This document shows, one piece after another, positions 53,460 through 63,537 of a stretch of 64,000 bases of DNA. Origin of the DNA: Meyerozyma guilliermondii (taxonomy: Eukaryota). The DNA lies in NCBI GenBank assembly GCA_051546255.1, contig CP128818.1, positions 744,001-808,000 on the forward strand, in the 5' to 3' direction. A program made the translations under genes and the position numbers. How positions within the stretch are numbered: the first letter of the stretch is position 1; each line of letters starts with the position of its first letter. The notes beneath the pieces are model-generated. The model was not told the origin of the DNA. It did not search any database and worked only from the letters and a program-made list of their open reading frames with translations.

Positions 53460-55133
53460 TCAGTACTTATCGTATCCCGTGGTCTCGAGGCGCTCCACCT
53501 TGGCAAGCACCTCCTCCTCCATGGAGTTCATATAGTTGGTCATTTCCGTGAGCCATTTGGGGTCGGCGGCTCCAAGAATACGTACCGCCAAAAGGGCCGC
53601 ATTGGTAGAGTTATTAATAGCAACCGTAGCAACCGGAATACCACGAGGCATTTGTACTATCGAGTGTAGCGAATCCACACCGTCGAGGGTCGAACCCTTG
53701 ATAGGAACACCAATTACTGGAAGTGGTGTTAAGGCTGCGACCATTCCTGGTAAATGTGCGGCTCCTCCAGCACCGGCTATAATCACCTTAATTCCACGCT
53801 CAGCAGCCTTGGTGGCATACTCGATCATTCTATGAGGCGTGCGATGGGCACTGACGATGGTGAGTTCAAATGGAACTCCAAACTTTTTGAGAATATCTGC
53901 ACCCACAGACATGGCTTTCAAGTCGGAGTCAGAACCCATAATTACACCCACCAAAGGAGCTTCTTTTGCTTCCTGGATAGACAGAATTGGAGCACGGCCT
54001 TCCATTATGTATCTGAGTCTCTCTTCGGCATCTGCCATACTGGAAGTGACAATGTTAATGTGACCCAATTTTCTCTTTGGTCGTGTAGTCTTTCCATACA
54101 AGTACACCGATGCATGAGGAGTCTCCAAAGCTCTGCTACAAGCCTCTAACTCCTTGTTGGGAACATCATCTCCCAAAACATTCACCATTATGGCTGCAGT
54201 ATTGGTGGTGGAGAAACTGGTGACATTTCGAGGCATGGGCAAACCAACCACAGCACGAACATGGGCCTCGAATTGCGACGTCACACAGGCGTCGATGGTA
54301 TAATGACCCGAATTGTGGGGTCTGGGCGCTATTTCGTTGACCAAGAGCTCGTTATCGGGAAGAAGAAACATTTCCACGCCAAAAATACCACAGCCAGGAA
54401 ACGTTTTCACGGCGCTATTGGCAAGAATCTGGGCATGCGAACGCACTGTGTCCAGTACTCGCGCTGGAGCATATACCACATGGCAAATGTTATCTTTATG
54501 GACGGTTTCAACCGTTGGATAGGCATGGACCTCACCATCGATTGTCCTCACCACCATCACCGCCAACTCTTTGGCAAACCTGCACCACTTTTCAGCATAC
54601 AAAGGACGATTGCTGAGAAACTCCAACGCTTCAGCGTGGAATTCAGGGCTTTTGACCACGAAATTTCCTCGTCCATCGTAGGCATCTGTTCTTGATTTCA
54701 ACATGAAAGGATACCCGAATTTGGCACCAATTTCAGCCAATGCACTCTCGGAGTTTTCAGACACCGCCACCAGGTCAGCAACCTTGATTCCATGGCTAAT
54801 AAGATGTTCCTTCTGCAAATACTTGTCCTTGATCAACTTGATCGTTTCTGGAAGTGGATAAATTTCCACATTCATGGACTTTCTGACCAGCTCAAGAGCA
54901 TCAGCATCGACATGCTCGATCTCCACCGTCAAAACGTCACATTTTTTGGCCAATCTGGCAATATCATCGACATTGTTAAACGAACCGTCAACGTGCTCGC
55001 CAGCATTTATCTGTTTTGCGGGAGAGTTAGGAGCATCCAAGACCACAGTCTTGATATTGAGCCTACTGGCGGCCTCCACAATCATCCTGCCCAACTGGCC
55101 ACCCCCCAAAATGCCTATAGTTTTAGAATCCAT
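53460..55133 (-). CDS. ADE2: Phosphoribosylaminoimidazole carboxylase (PurK-PurE fusion)
   Basis: [55 protein letters not shown] 55133. Confidence 0.98.
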   Translation of the reverse strand: MDSKTIGILGGGQLGRMIVEAASRLNIKTVVLDAPNSPAKQINAGEHVDGSFNNVDDIARLAKKCDVLTVEIEHVDADALELVRKSMNVEIYPLPETIKLIKDKYLQKEHLISHGIKVADLVAVSENSESALAEIGAKFGYPFMLKSRTDAYDGRGNFVVKSPEFHAEALEFLSNRPLYAEKWCRFAKELAVMVVRTIDGEVHAYPTVETVHKDNICHVVYAPARVLDTVRSHAQILANSAVKTFPGCGIFGVEMFLLPDNELLVNEIAPRPHNSGHYTIDACVTSQFEAHVRAVVGLPMPRNVTSFSTTNTAAIMVNVLGDDVPNKELEACSRALETPHASVYLYGKTTRPKRKLGHINIVTSSMADAEERLRYIMEGRAPILSIQEAKEAPLVGVIMGSDSDLKAMSVGADILKKFGVPFELTIVSAHRTPHRMIEYATKAAERGIKVIIAGAGGAAHLPGMVAALTPLPVIGVPIKGSTLDGVDSLHSIVQMPRGIPVATVAINNSTNAALLAVRILGAADPKWLTEMTNYMNSMEEEVLAKVERLETTGYDKY

Positions 55134-55171
55134 TAGTAGTACTGGGCAATAAGTAGCAAATATCATTGAAT

Positions 55172-55177
55172 TGACTC
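55172..55177. promoter_or_regulatory. TGACTC (Bas1/Gcn4-type) site upstream of ADE2
   Basis: Single motif match 39 nt from the ADE2 ATG in a 126-bp intergenic; consistent with known ADE regulation. Confidence 0.45.
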
Positions 55178-55259
55178 GCGAACCATCGGGTGTGTGCAGG
55201 ATTACAATCGAGAGAGGTATAGCAGTGATTTATTGATTTAGACGAATGAAGCGAACACC

Positions 55260-56744
55260 TCAACTAAATTCGTGCATGTACATGGGGTGCTCTTCGACGC
55301 CACAGTGGTACGCAGCGGCTATGTCTTCGTGGGTTCCCCATGGTGTGGGAACCATAGTAGTTGCAGCCGTCAGGTAGGTTGGTGGAGGATAAATTTGTGT
55401 TTGTGGAGGCAATGTTACAGCTTGAGGTTCAATGGCAGCGTGCAGCGGTACCGAGTCTACCATACTGAGCCTGGAGGTGGTTGTGATGGCGTCTTTGAGG
55501 TCGTCGACTTTTGTGAATTCCCACAAGAGAACAGTGCGAACTGACTGTTTTGGAATTGCTGTCGGGGTGTTTGTATGGTTGGTTTCGTAGATGATTTGCT
55601 CTACAGTGATGCCGCGAAGAGCCCTGGATACCGACTGGGTAGCATCGACAGCCAAACGAGGAAGAAGGACTTTCCAGAACTTGATCAAAAACGGCTTATT
55701 ATCATTCAAGTCAAAGATGGGGTCGATGTAACGCACAATTGGGGCACCATACGAGTAGATACAGGTATAGTTGGCGTAGTTTCTGATGGTATCTTCCTTG
55801 ACACTGACACAGAAGTTTGTGCGCAAGCCGGTTTCAAAGCTGTAATTTTGCGACAATTGAGGAAAATGAATACGGACCATGTTGTGGATCACAGGAATGG
55901 AAGATCCACCAAAGTACAGGAGACTAGGAAACCGCAAAGTGTTGCTTCCGGGTCGCAATTGAAGGGTTTTGATTTCCTGTGCTGCTGTTTGAAGAGAAAG
56001 AATGATGGGACATGCCGACGAAGAGTTGTAAACGGACATGAAAAAGTTCTCCACCACCACCGATGGTTCAACAACTTCATCGGACAGTTCTTTATGGGAG
56101 ATTTTCAGAGCCAATTTGGGTACCAGACGAAGCCCCAAAGATTTGTCCATATTGATTTTCGTGAACAATTCCTCAAAACGCTTGGCATGGAGTTGTCTTT
56201 CTTCTTCGTTTTCAAACTGCGGACCGTCGTTAATAAGAGCAATAATATGTGGTTTCTGACCCAAATTCTTGATGACCTGAATGTGACTGGAGACCTGCTT
56301 CCGAGTGCGCAAACGGCCGGTTTTCGTGTATATGTAGTCGGAGATGAGCTCGTTACGTCCGCATGCTCGGCCGCTGATTTTGATCTTGCTGAGGCCATTT
56401 TTGGGAATAATTGCAAGGACATCTTCGAACGCTTTTTCGAGGTCCTCGGGCCAAATCGAGTCGGAATCTACTGGAGACTCTTCTAAGCCGGTGGAACGCT
56501 CGGGAGCTGGGGAAGCTTCCAACTTGATTTTTTTGCGTGAAGTTGGAGGAGAAACCGGGGCTAAATCGTTTCGTACCGGGGTTTTTTCTTGGGTAACAAA
56601 CCCGGACGACTGCGGCATGTCCTTGCGGACCGTCCGGAGCGATTCATGGACCTGATATTGTTGTTTACCGTCGGTATCAATACCGATATCGACAATGACC
56701 GGAAGTTTGTTTCTCACGGGAGTAGAATTAGGAGTTCCGAACAT
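55260..56744 (-). CDS. TEC1: TEA/ATTS-domain transcription factor
   Basis: IWPEDLEKAF..L..IPKNG..KIKI....GRNELISDYI..KTG..RTRKQVSSHIQV. Confidence 0.88.
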   Translation of the reverse strand: MFGTPNSTPVRNKLPVIVDIGIDTDGKQQYQVHESLRTVRKDMPQSSGFVTQEKTPVRNDLAPVSPPTSRKKIKLEASPAPERSTGLEESPVDSDSIWPEDLEKAFEDVLAIIPKNGLSKIKISGRACGRNELISDYIYTKTGRLRTRKQVSSHIQVIKNLGQKPHIIALINDGPQFENEEERQLHAKRFEELFTKINMDKSLGLRLVPKLALKISHKELSDEVVEPSVVVENFFMSVYNSSSACPIILSLQTAAQEIKTLQLRPGSNTLRFPSLLYFGGSSIPVIHNMVRIHFPQLSQNYSFETGLRTNFCVSVKEDTIRNYANYTCIYSYGAPIVRYIDPIFDLNDNKPFLIKFWKVLLPRLAVDATQSVSRALRGITVEQIIYETNHTNTPTAIPKQSVRTVLLWEFTKVDDLKDAITTTSRLSMVDSVPLHAAIEPQAVTLPPQTQIYPPPTYLTAATTMVPTPWGTHEDIAAAYHCGVEEHPMYMHEFS

Positions 56745-56964
56745 GACCGCGAGAACATAAGAGTGTTAAGGAATGAATAAGGTCGGTTGGACAAGGAACA
56801 AACGCGGGAGGTTTTATAGACAAGCAAAACATTCCAACACGAATCACCGCGCGGTGGGAGTTCCGAGGGCGTTTGGGAGTGCAGATAGATTTGCGGGCCA
56901 TAATTTCCGGGGGCTCCCAGGTTAAATTCCGAGGGCGACCCCTGCGTCCGATCTTTCGTTTCTG

Positions 56965-59001
56965 TCACTGCAAAAACTCCCGTAGCTTCTTCTCTTCCTC
57001 CACGTCCATTTCCTCCACGTCGCTCAATTCGTCCATGAGCCCCATATCCGGCCGGAGCACGTACTCGCCGTGGTCGAATCTCGCGAACGGAAGTTGGATT
57101 CTGCCGCGAGAAAGTTCATTTTTGACGCTGGTTTCTGCACCACGAAGCCGGTCGAGTTGCTCGTAAATCAGATTGTACCACTTCCGGCCAGCGCGACTCT
57201 TGTAGAGCTGTGGTTTGCGCTCGTGAATATCGGTCCAGAACGAATCGACCGTTTCGTATTTGTAGTTTTTATTTCGATTTTCAATTTCGGTGGTGACGGC
57301 AGTCTTTCCGGCCGATGATGCTCGGGCCAAAACCTCGGTTAGGATGGCCTGAATAGGGAACGCCACTCCACCACGAACCTCAAGGTTGACTTCAGAAATT
57401 TTCTCGGCAGTTTCTTGGCGATCTACCGTCAAACTCAGAAGTTGGATCACCCGATCGAGATCTTGTAAAAGAACGGCTGCAAATTCCAACTTGTCACCGA
57501 CTTCCTCGGGCGAATTAGACCCATAGATGATGGACAGCGTCAGCATAAGATTGTTATTCTTGCGGATAAGAGGAGCTCCCTTTTTATGTTCTCGTTTAAG
57601 GCACCAGTATTTGCAGATATCATGACTAAAACTGCGAATTTCCGACTCGATTTGAGCCGCCGATGCTTCGAAACCCAACCCTCGTAATGGTCCGCGGTCC
57701 GAGGAGGCCCCTCGAAGCTCCATGATCGTTTTGTATACTCGGTCGGCGAACAGCTGCGGAGCTATCGGTGTTCCACCGTCGGTTTTCCACCGGAATAGAT
57801 TCATCCGGTTAGCAGCCTGCTGGGTTTTCGCAGCTTGTGCGTTGTGGGCGCGAAGAACTTTCATATCCCGGTAATAGCGGCGAGTTTTTTCAATTCCGGC
57901 TCGCACAACCAAAGCATCGACTTGACCATGACGGTCGCAATATGAAATTAGTGACGATTTATTTTGAATTCCGCCTTGAACTCCGTACAAGAGTTCCATA
58001 TGGAGACCCGCCCGTTTGGCACAAGTGACGTGGTAGGCCTGGAAACAATTTTTGTTCCCACACTGGATACATGCACCGACTTTTTGCTTGCAAATATAGC
58101 AAGTTAATTTCCACCGGTTTTTCGGTATGAAGGCGATTCCCTCGATGGGTTCCATGTAGATGGGATTGGCAAAGTATACCTCGGGAATCCACAAGGCGCA
58201 CACAACATGGCTCCAAAGTGAATTATCAAGCTGTTTAAATGCACCGGTTTTCGATGGACAAAAAACACAGTCAACCGGATGGTTTCGACTAAGCATGCAT
58301 TTCCGACAGAGCCACTCCCCCTCAGGGATGAAAGCTACCCCGTAGCATTCCTGGTGAGCGGCAATATCGCATCCATCACAAAAAACAATGGCATTGGAAT
58401 TGGTGCAATCGCTGTCGTTGCACACGGCGCATCTTTGATCGTACACTGATCCCTGTACAATACCATCATCGTCTCCATACTTTTCAGTATTGTTGCGGAG
58501 GGTCAATTCTGCCTTTTCTTCACCTCCGGAAACTGTTGACATTGCTAATTCAAGCTGATCCCAATCATTTTCCAACTGGGTGATCAAGATTTCGAACAAT
58601 TCCGGACTGATAATTGCTATTTTGCCATGATTTTTCTCCTCGAGCCACAATTCGTCCTGTTCGTCATGGTCGTATTCCACCTGGCGTTTTTTAAGGTTGA
58701 TAACATCCTCTATTTTCACGTCTTTAGGGATGGTGAACGGCCGCAAATTCGTTCGCGATGCCTGGGTGGGCCGGTGGTCATCAAATCCGAGCAGCTGTAG
58801 CACCCGGCCAAATTTACCGGTATGATGTTCCGAGGGTAATACTCGAAATGAAGGTGCATTAAGTTCGTGGGGCCGGGGAGCCGGAATTAAATCGGAGATG
58901 CGAGTGGTTTCGAAAAACGGAAGCTGGGCTTCTTGGTCGAGATCCGGGTAGAATTCCTTGTAGTCACGTTCCTCGCGCGGCTTGCTGTCGACCGCCGACA
59001 T
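56965..59001 (-). CDS. NTO1: NuA3 HAT subunit Nto1 (EPL + PHD-Zn knuckle-PHD)
   Basis: EYDHDEQDELWL, CAVC..NAIVFCDGCDIAAHQECYG..IPEGEWLCRKC, WSHVVCALWIPE, YHVTCA, KYWCLKRE. Confidence 0.92.
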   Translation of the reverse strand: MSAVDSKPREERDYKEFYPDLDQEAQLPFFETTRISDLIPAPRPHELNAPSFRVLPSEHHTGKFGRVLQLLGFDDHRPTQASRTNLRPFTIPKDVKIEDVINLKKRQVEYDHDEQDELWLEEKNHGKIAIISPELFEILITQLENDWDQLELAMSTVSGGEEKAELTLRNNTEKYGDDDGIVQGSVYDQRCAVCNDSDCTNSNAIVFCDGCDIAAHQECYGVAFIPEGEWLCRKCMLSRNHPVDCVFCPSKTGAFKQLDNSLWSHVVCALWIPEVYFANPIYMEPIEGIAFIPKNRWKLTCYICKQKVGACIQCGNKNCFQAYHVTCAKRAGLHMELLYGVQGGIQNKSSLISYCDRHGQVDALVVRAGIEKTRRYYRDMKVLRAHNAQAAKTQQAANRMNLFRWKTDGGTPIAPQLFADRVYKTIMELRGASSDRGPLRGLGFEASAAQIESEIRSFSHDICKYWCLKREHKKGAPLIRKNNNLMLTLSIIYGSNSPEEVGDKLEFAAVLLQDLDRVIQLLSLTVDRQETAEKISEVNLEVRGGVAFPIQAILTEVLARASSAGKTAVTTEIENRNKNYKYETVDSFWTDIHERKPQLYKSRAGRKWYNLIYEQLDRLRGAETSVKNELSRGRIQLPFARFDHGEYVLRPDMGLMDELSDVEEMDVEEEKKLREFLQ

Positions 59002-59986
59002 CAACAGAAACCAGTGATTAGAAAGTGGCGCGAGTTCGCGAAATCAGTTCGCGAACTTCCCCCCAATAATCTATACTCAAGAAGAAGGGTATTTGAGCAT
59101 CCTTAATTCTACATATGTAGTCGATGAGAGCTAATCAATTGTTATACTAAGGTATATCAGCCAGTAATATTACCAGAAAGATGAAGACTTCGATATCGGT
59201 TGACTCAGGATCACTTCTTTTTTACAATTAATGTCCAGCAAGAGTCTACTTGGTCAGTGGATTGTACAAATGCGATTTTTTTAGTCTTATTTCTCGCAGC
59301 TGAGTCTATGACTTTTGGTGTTTGTGGTAGTATTTTGATACCAACTCTGACCATTTATTTCGAGTCTACTACTCTCGAAAATGATTAATGTGACTCAATT
59401 GGTATTGGAGTGGGGAACTGTGAACATTGGAAAGCCATTTGTCTCAATTCATCTACTTTTCTAGCCATCTATATGGCAGCTAATCGGCAAAGAGCATCGC
59501 ACTTTTGTGTCGAATTTAGTCAACATGGGGTGATTTTTTTACCGCCAAGATTGTTGGAGCTGAAGCTGGAAGAAAGTCCGGACCTTAGTGGGTGTACTTG
59601 AATTCTATTGTCTTCTGTTCTTAAAAATCAAGACTGTAAGAATTGAGATACTGTACTTTTTTGCTGGTCTTGTAACGAAACTCACGTTACACTTTGACCA
59701 TGATTCATACTCTGAAGTTGACACAAAAGGCAGTTCGGACAACGAAAGCTCGCGGTCAACCGAGATGAATAAGCGTCTCTGATCCTGAATTGCAGGTATG
59801 AATCGTTTCAAGTCAACTTATTAAATTGATCATCATCAAACTAGATATATAGATGTCTTTAGGAAACGATGGCGATTTTGCTGGCGATTTTGCCTGCAGT
59901 TGCAAAATGCTACTATGTAGTGTAGTTTTCACATCTTCAAAGTCGCTGCTTCCCCAGTTTGTTCCTGCAGACACCCAGTTTTTTCT

Positions 59987-60002
59987 CGATGAGGGCGATG
60001 AG
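59987..60002 (+). promoter_or_regulatory. Tandem PAC elements upstream of MAK21
   Basis: CGATGAG and GCGATGAG about 20-35 nt before ATG 60021; typical of ribosome-biogenesis genes and supports that start. Confidence 0.65.
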
Positions 60003-60020
60003 CTTCCTCTTGTTGCATCG

Positions 60021-63000
60021 ATGGACAAACTCAATTTGGCTTCGCTTCGAGATAAAATCTCCAGTAAGCTCAGCGGTGCAAATGTGAGTAGCAAGAGCAC
60101 CAAATCCAAAAAATCAGACTCAAAAAAGGACAAGAAACAAGAAAAAAATGCCCCTGTAGATGAGGTGTTGCGTCAAGAAGCCATAGCTTTGGGAGCCACC
60201 GAGGATGATTTGGCGTTGATAGGCGACGTGGACGACGCCGATGTCAGCGAGCAAGAGTTTGAAGCCGAGGGAAACGTCGACTTGAAATTTTCCACCGATC
60301 TCAATAGCTACATGAAAGAAATAGGACTCGATGCTCCTGCTTTAGTTGCCGATGCTGAGTCAGAGCTGGAGGAGGAAGCGAAAGGGGAAGTTGAAACGGT
60401 AAAGGAATCTAAGAAGGATACGGAATCCAAAGACAAATCCAAAGAGGACAAGGAATCTAAGAAGGACAAAAAAAACAAGGAATCTAAGAAGGACAAAAAG
60501 GACAAGGAATCTAAAAAGGACAAAAAAGACAAGGAATCTAAGAAGGACAAAAAAGACAAGGAGTCCAAAGAAGATAAGGAACCCAAAAAAGAATCCCAAG
60601 AGCCAAAAAAATCTGACAAAATCACAGACTTGAGCTCGGTTCTGTCGGCAAATCTTGCAATTCCCAACAGACCGGACTGGTACAATACTCCAGTTGAACC
60701 CATCAGAGAGTCAGAAAAACTCGACCGTTTTGGTAGAGAAAGAGCCCTTGACCGTGCAAAAGCCGCCATTGAAAAAGACGCTCAAACATACCTTGCTGAA
60801 TTTGCATCGAGAGATTCGCAGAGAAAGTTTTTGGCACAAATCTTGTCGGACGGTACTCTTAACGATAAAGTTTCCGCTCTCACGTTGTTGGTTCAGGAAT
60901 CTCCCATGCATAATATGAAGGCTATGGATACTTTGGTTTCTTATTGTGGTAAAAAATCAAGAAATGCTGCACTTCAGTCGATCAATGCACTCAAAGATTT
61001 GCTTCTCAATGGTCTTCTTCCAGATAGAAAACTTGTTTCCTTTGCCAAGCAGCCTCTTCGCAGAGATTGTTCAGATGTCCAGCTTGCGGTGTGGTACTAC
61101 GAAGACTACTTGAAAACCCAATATTTCCAGTTCATTACTATTCTCGAGCATCTTTCGCATGATCCCATTGTCCATGTTCGCATGAATGTCATCAGCCATA
61201 TCTTTGATCTACTCAAAGCCAAGCCGGAGCAAGAAGCCAATCTTTTGAGGTTGGGAGTGAACAAATTGGGAGATACCGACAACAAGGTTTCTGCCAAGAC
61301 TTCATACCAGATTCTTCAGCTCGAACAGGCCCATCCAGCAATGAAGAAAATCATTACCGATGCTGTGATCGACTTGATGCTTCGTCCCAATGTCGAGTAC
61401 CATGCGATTTACTATTCAATCTTGACCCTTAACCAAACGATTCTCACAAGAAAGGAAATTGACCTTGCAAACTCTCTCGTGAAAACATACTTTACCTTGT
61501 TCGAGAAAATCCTCAAGCTGTCTGATGAGTTTAATGGAGAGAAAAAAGAAGACAAGTTTATTGGCAAGTCCGAGAAGGGCCGCAAAAACCCTAGAAAGAA
61601 CTTTAAAAAGGGAAAGAAAGGTGGAAAGTCGGTGAAACCCAACGAGAAATCCGAAGCAGAAGTTGTTGAAGAAAAAAATACTAGACTCTTCTCGGCACTC
61701 TTGACGGGATTGAATAGAGCATTCCCGTTCTCGGAGCTTCCTTCTTCCGTCTATGAGTTGCACTTGGATACTTTATTCAAAATCACTCACTCCACAAACT
61801 TCAACACCTCGGTTCAGGCCTTGATGTTGATCCACCATATCATCACCAGTCAAAAGTTGGACCTGAGTCGTTTCTACAGAACTTTATACGAATCTTTGTT
61901 AGACCCTCGTCTAGCGCTGTCTTCTAAGCAAGGAATCTACTTGAATCTTTTGTTCAAAGCACTCAAAGATGACAGTGATAAAGCAAGAGTAATGGCATTT
62001 GCAAAAAGAATGCTCCAAATCAGTGCTCATTGGATAAATGTGGGAGCCATAGCAGGAATGATCTTTTTGTTATCTCAGTTGTCCAAGACTCTGCCAGAAA
62101 TTAGAGACTTGACTATCGACCCAGCATCTAGACCTGATCCTGAAAACGAGCTGAATGAGCTGAAGGAAGAATATGATGGTAAGAAGCGAGATCCAAAATA
62201 TGCCAATGCCCAGAATTCGTCGTTATGGGAAATAGGCAACTTTGTCTCCCATTATCATCCTACAGTTTCTGTCTACGCTTCTTCTTTACTAAGTGGAGAA
62301 GAACAACCCAAACCCGACTTGGGTCTCTATACTTTGGCGCATTTCTTGGACAGATTCGTTTACAAAAATGCCAAAGAGAAAGCCACATCCAGAGGAAGTT
62401 CCATCATGCAGCCACTTGGAGGAGCACAAACTGGCTCGTTGCTTGTTAAGGCTTCCAACTTGTCGGGAGGTACTCTTCCAGCCAACACCGAGAACTGGCT
62501 TTCCAAAAAAGTTGAAGATATTCGTCCCGATGAAAAGTTCTTTTTCGAGTACTTTACGAGCAAACAGAACAAATTGAGGGAGAAAGCCGAGACCAAGAAG
62601 GCAGATTTCGATGAAGACGACGAGAACGATGACGAAATTTGGCAGGCATTGGTCAATTCGAGACCTGAAGTCGAAGAGGGTTCTGACGATGGTCTCTCGT
62701 TTGACGAGGCAGACTTCCTGGACTACGACGGCAGCGACCTCGGCAGCGATGCCGAGGTTGATGAAGAAAATGAAGAGATTGAGGAAAATGAAGAAATTGA
62801 AGAAATTGAAGACGAAGAAGGATCCAAGTCTGATTTAGACGGTCCCGACATGTTTGGGCTCAATTTGGAAGACGAGCTCTCCGACGATGAACCAGCACCT
62901 GTACCTAAGAAACGGAGCCGGGAAGAGTCTGGAGAGAAGAAGACCAAAAAGACCAAATTGAGCAGCTTGCCAGTGTTTGCATCGGTGGACGATTACTCGC

Positions 63001-63029
63001 AGTACTTGGATTCAGAAGACGACGAATAG
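60021..63029 (+). CDS. MAK21: Ribosome biogenesis protein Mak21/Noc1 (CBF domain)
   Basis: GTLNDKVSALTLLVQESP, KPEQEANLLRLGVNKLGD, ALLTGLNRAFP, YDGKKRDP, HYHPTV, FLDRFVYKN, C-terminal PVFASVDDY. Confidence 0.96.
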   Translation: MDKLNLASLRDKISSKLSGANVSSKSTKSKKSDSKKDKKQEKNAPVDEVLRQEAIALGATEDDLALIGDVDDADVSEQEFEAEGNVDLKFSTDLNSYMKEIGLDAPALVADAESELEEEAKGEVETVKESKKDTESKDKSKEDKESKKDKKNKESKKDKKDKESKKDKKDKESKKDKKDKESKEDKEPKKESQEPKKSDKITDLSSVLSANLAIPNRPDWYNTPVEPIRESEKLDRFGRERALDRAKAAIEKDAQTYLAEFASRDSQRKFLAQILSDGTLNDKVSALTLLVQESPMHNMKAMDTLVSYCGKKSRNAALQSINALKDLLLNGLLPDRKLVSFAKQPLRRDCSDVQLAVWYYEDYLKTQYFQFITILEHLSHDPIVHVRMNVISHIFDLLKAKPEQEANLLRLGVNKLGDTDNKVSAKTSYQILQLEQAHPAMKKIITDAVIDLMLRPNVEYHAIYYSILTLNQTILTRKEIDLANSLVKTYFTLFEKILKLSDEFNGEKKEDKFIGKSEKGRKNPRKNFKKGKKGGKSVKPNEKSEAEVVEEKNTRLFSALLTGLNRAFPFSELPSSVYELHLDTLFKITHSTNFNTSVQALMLIHHIITSQKLDLSRFYRTLYESLLDPRLALSSKQGIYLNLLFKALKDDSDKARVMAFAKRMLQISAHWINVGAIAGMIFLLSQLSKTLPEIRDLTIDPASRPDPENELNELKEEYDGKKRDPKYANAQNSSLWEIGNFVSHYHPTVSVYASSLLSGEEQPKPDLGLYTLAHFLDRFVYKNAKEKATSRGSSIMQPLGGAQTGSLLVKASNLSGGTLPANTENWLSKKVEDIRPDEKFFFEYFTSKQNKLREKAETKKADFDEDDENDDEIWQALVNSRPEVEEGSDDGLSFDEADFLDYDGSDLGSDAEVDEENEEIEENEEIEEIEDEEGSKSDLDGPDMFGLNLEDELSDDEPAPVPKKRSREESGEKKTKKTKLSSLPVFASVDDYSQYLDSEDDE
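60447..60581 (+). repeat. 27-bp coding minisatellite (DKESKKDKK) x4 plus a degenerate copy, in MAK21
   Basis: GACAAGGAATCTAAGAAGGACAAAAAA-type unit at 60447, 60474, 60501, 60528; degenerate at 60555. Confidence 0.92.
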
Positions 63030-63537
63030 TCCAAGAAATTATGATACTTGTAGTATTTTAGTTAATGCTCAACTTAATCTCAAATCTCACAAATTGCAAG
63101 AAATGCATTTTTCGTAAATTATGAATATTTTACGAAGTTTCTATTCCGCAACTAGAGTTAGCAACCGATGCCAAGAGTGGAACAATACACGATTATCACG
63201 CAAAATTATACGGACAGAAACTCGGACATCAGCTGAGACATGCATAAATTATACTCATCGGGAAAAAAAATGCGGTAACTTTTGCCGGTTGTAATCAGTC
63301 TACTACTTCAGAGAAGTAAATCTATCTAACACCCACGATATTGACTGTGTAGAGCTTAGAGCTTGAGGTCCACTATGCATGAGGCGGTTCCATGCATACT
63401 TCCAGATTCCATTTCGAAACCAAGCAACCGTTGGCTGCCGCATGCATGAAAAGCGCATTTTGTATTGACAGAAAACGGCGCAACGTTTCAAACCAAGATA
63501 AAACCATCGCAATCGCAAAAAAACACAATTTTCTTTA

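Noticed and set aside
55575..56486. 303-aa + strand ORF
   Set aside because: Entirely antisense to TEC1, non-ATG start, no recognisable motif; shadow ORF
59853..60020. N-terminal extension of MAK21 in the ORF track (similarly RVB1, PMP47, ARV1, GH1, TOP3, ADE2, AFI1, NKP1)
   Set aside because: Extensions lack homology-like sequence, often use non-ATG starts and overlap promoter motifs (PAC, TATA); downstream ATGs chosen
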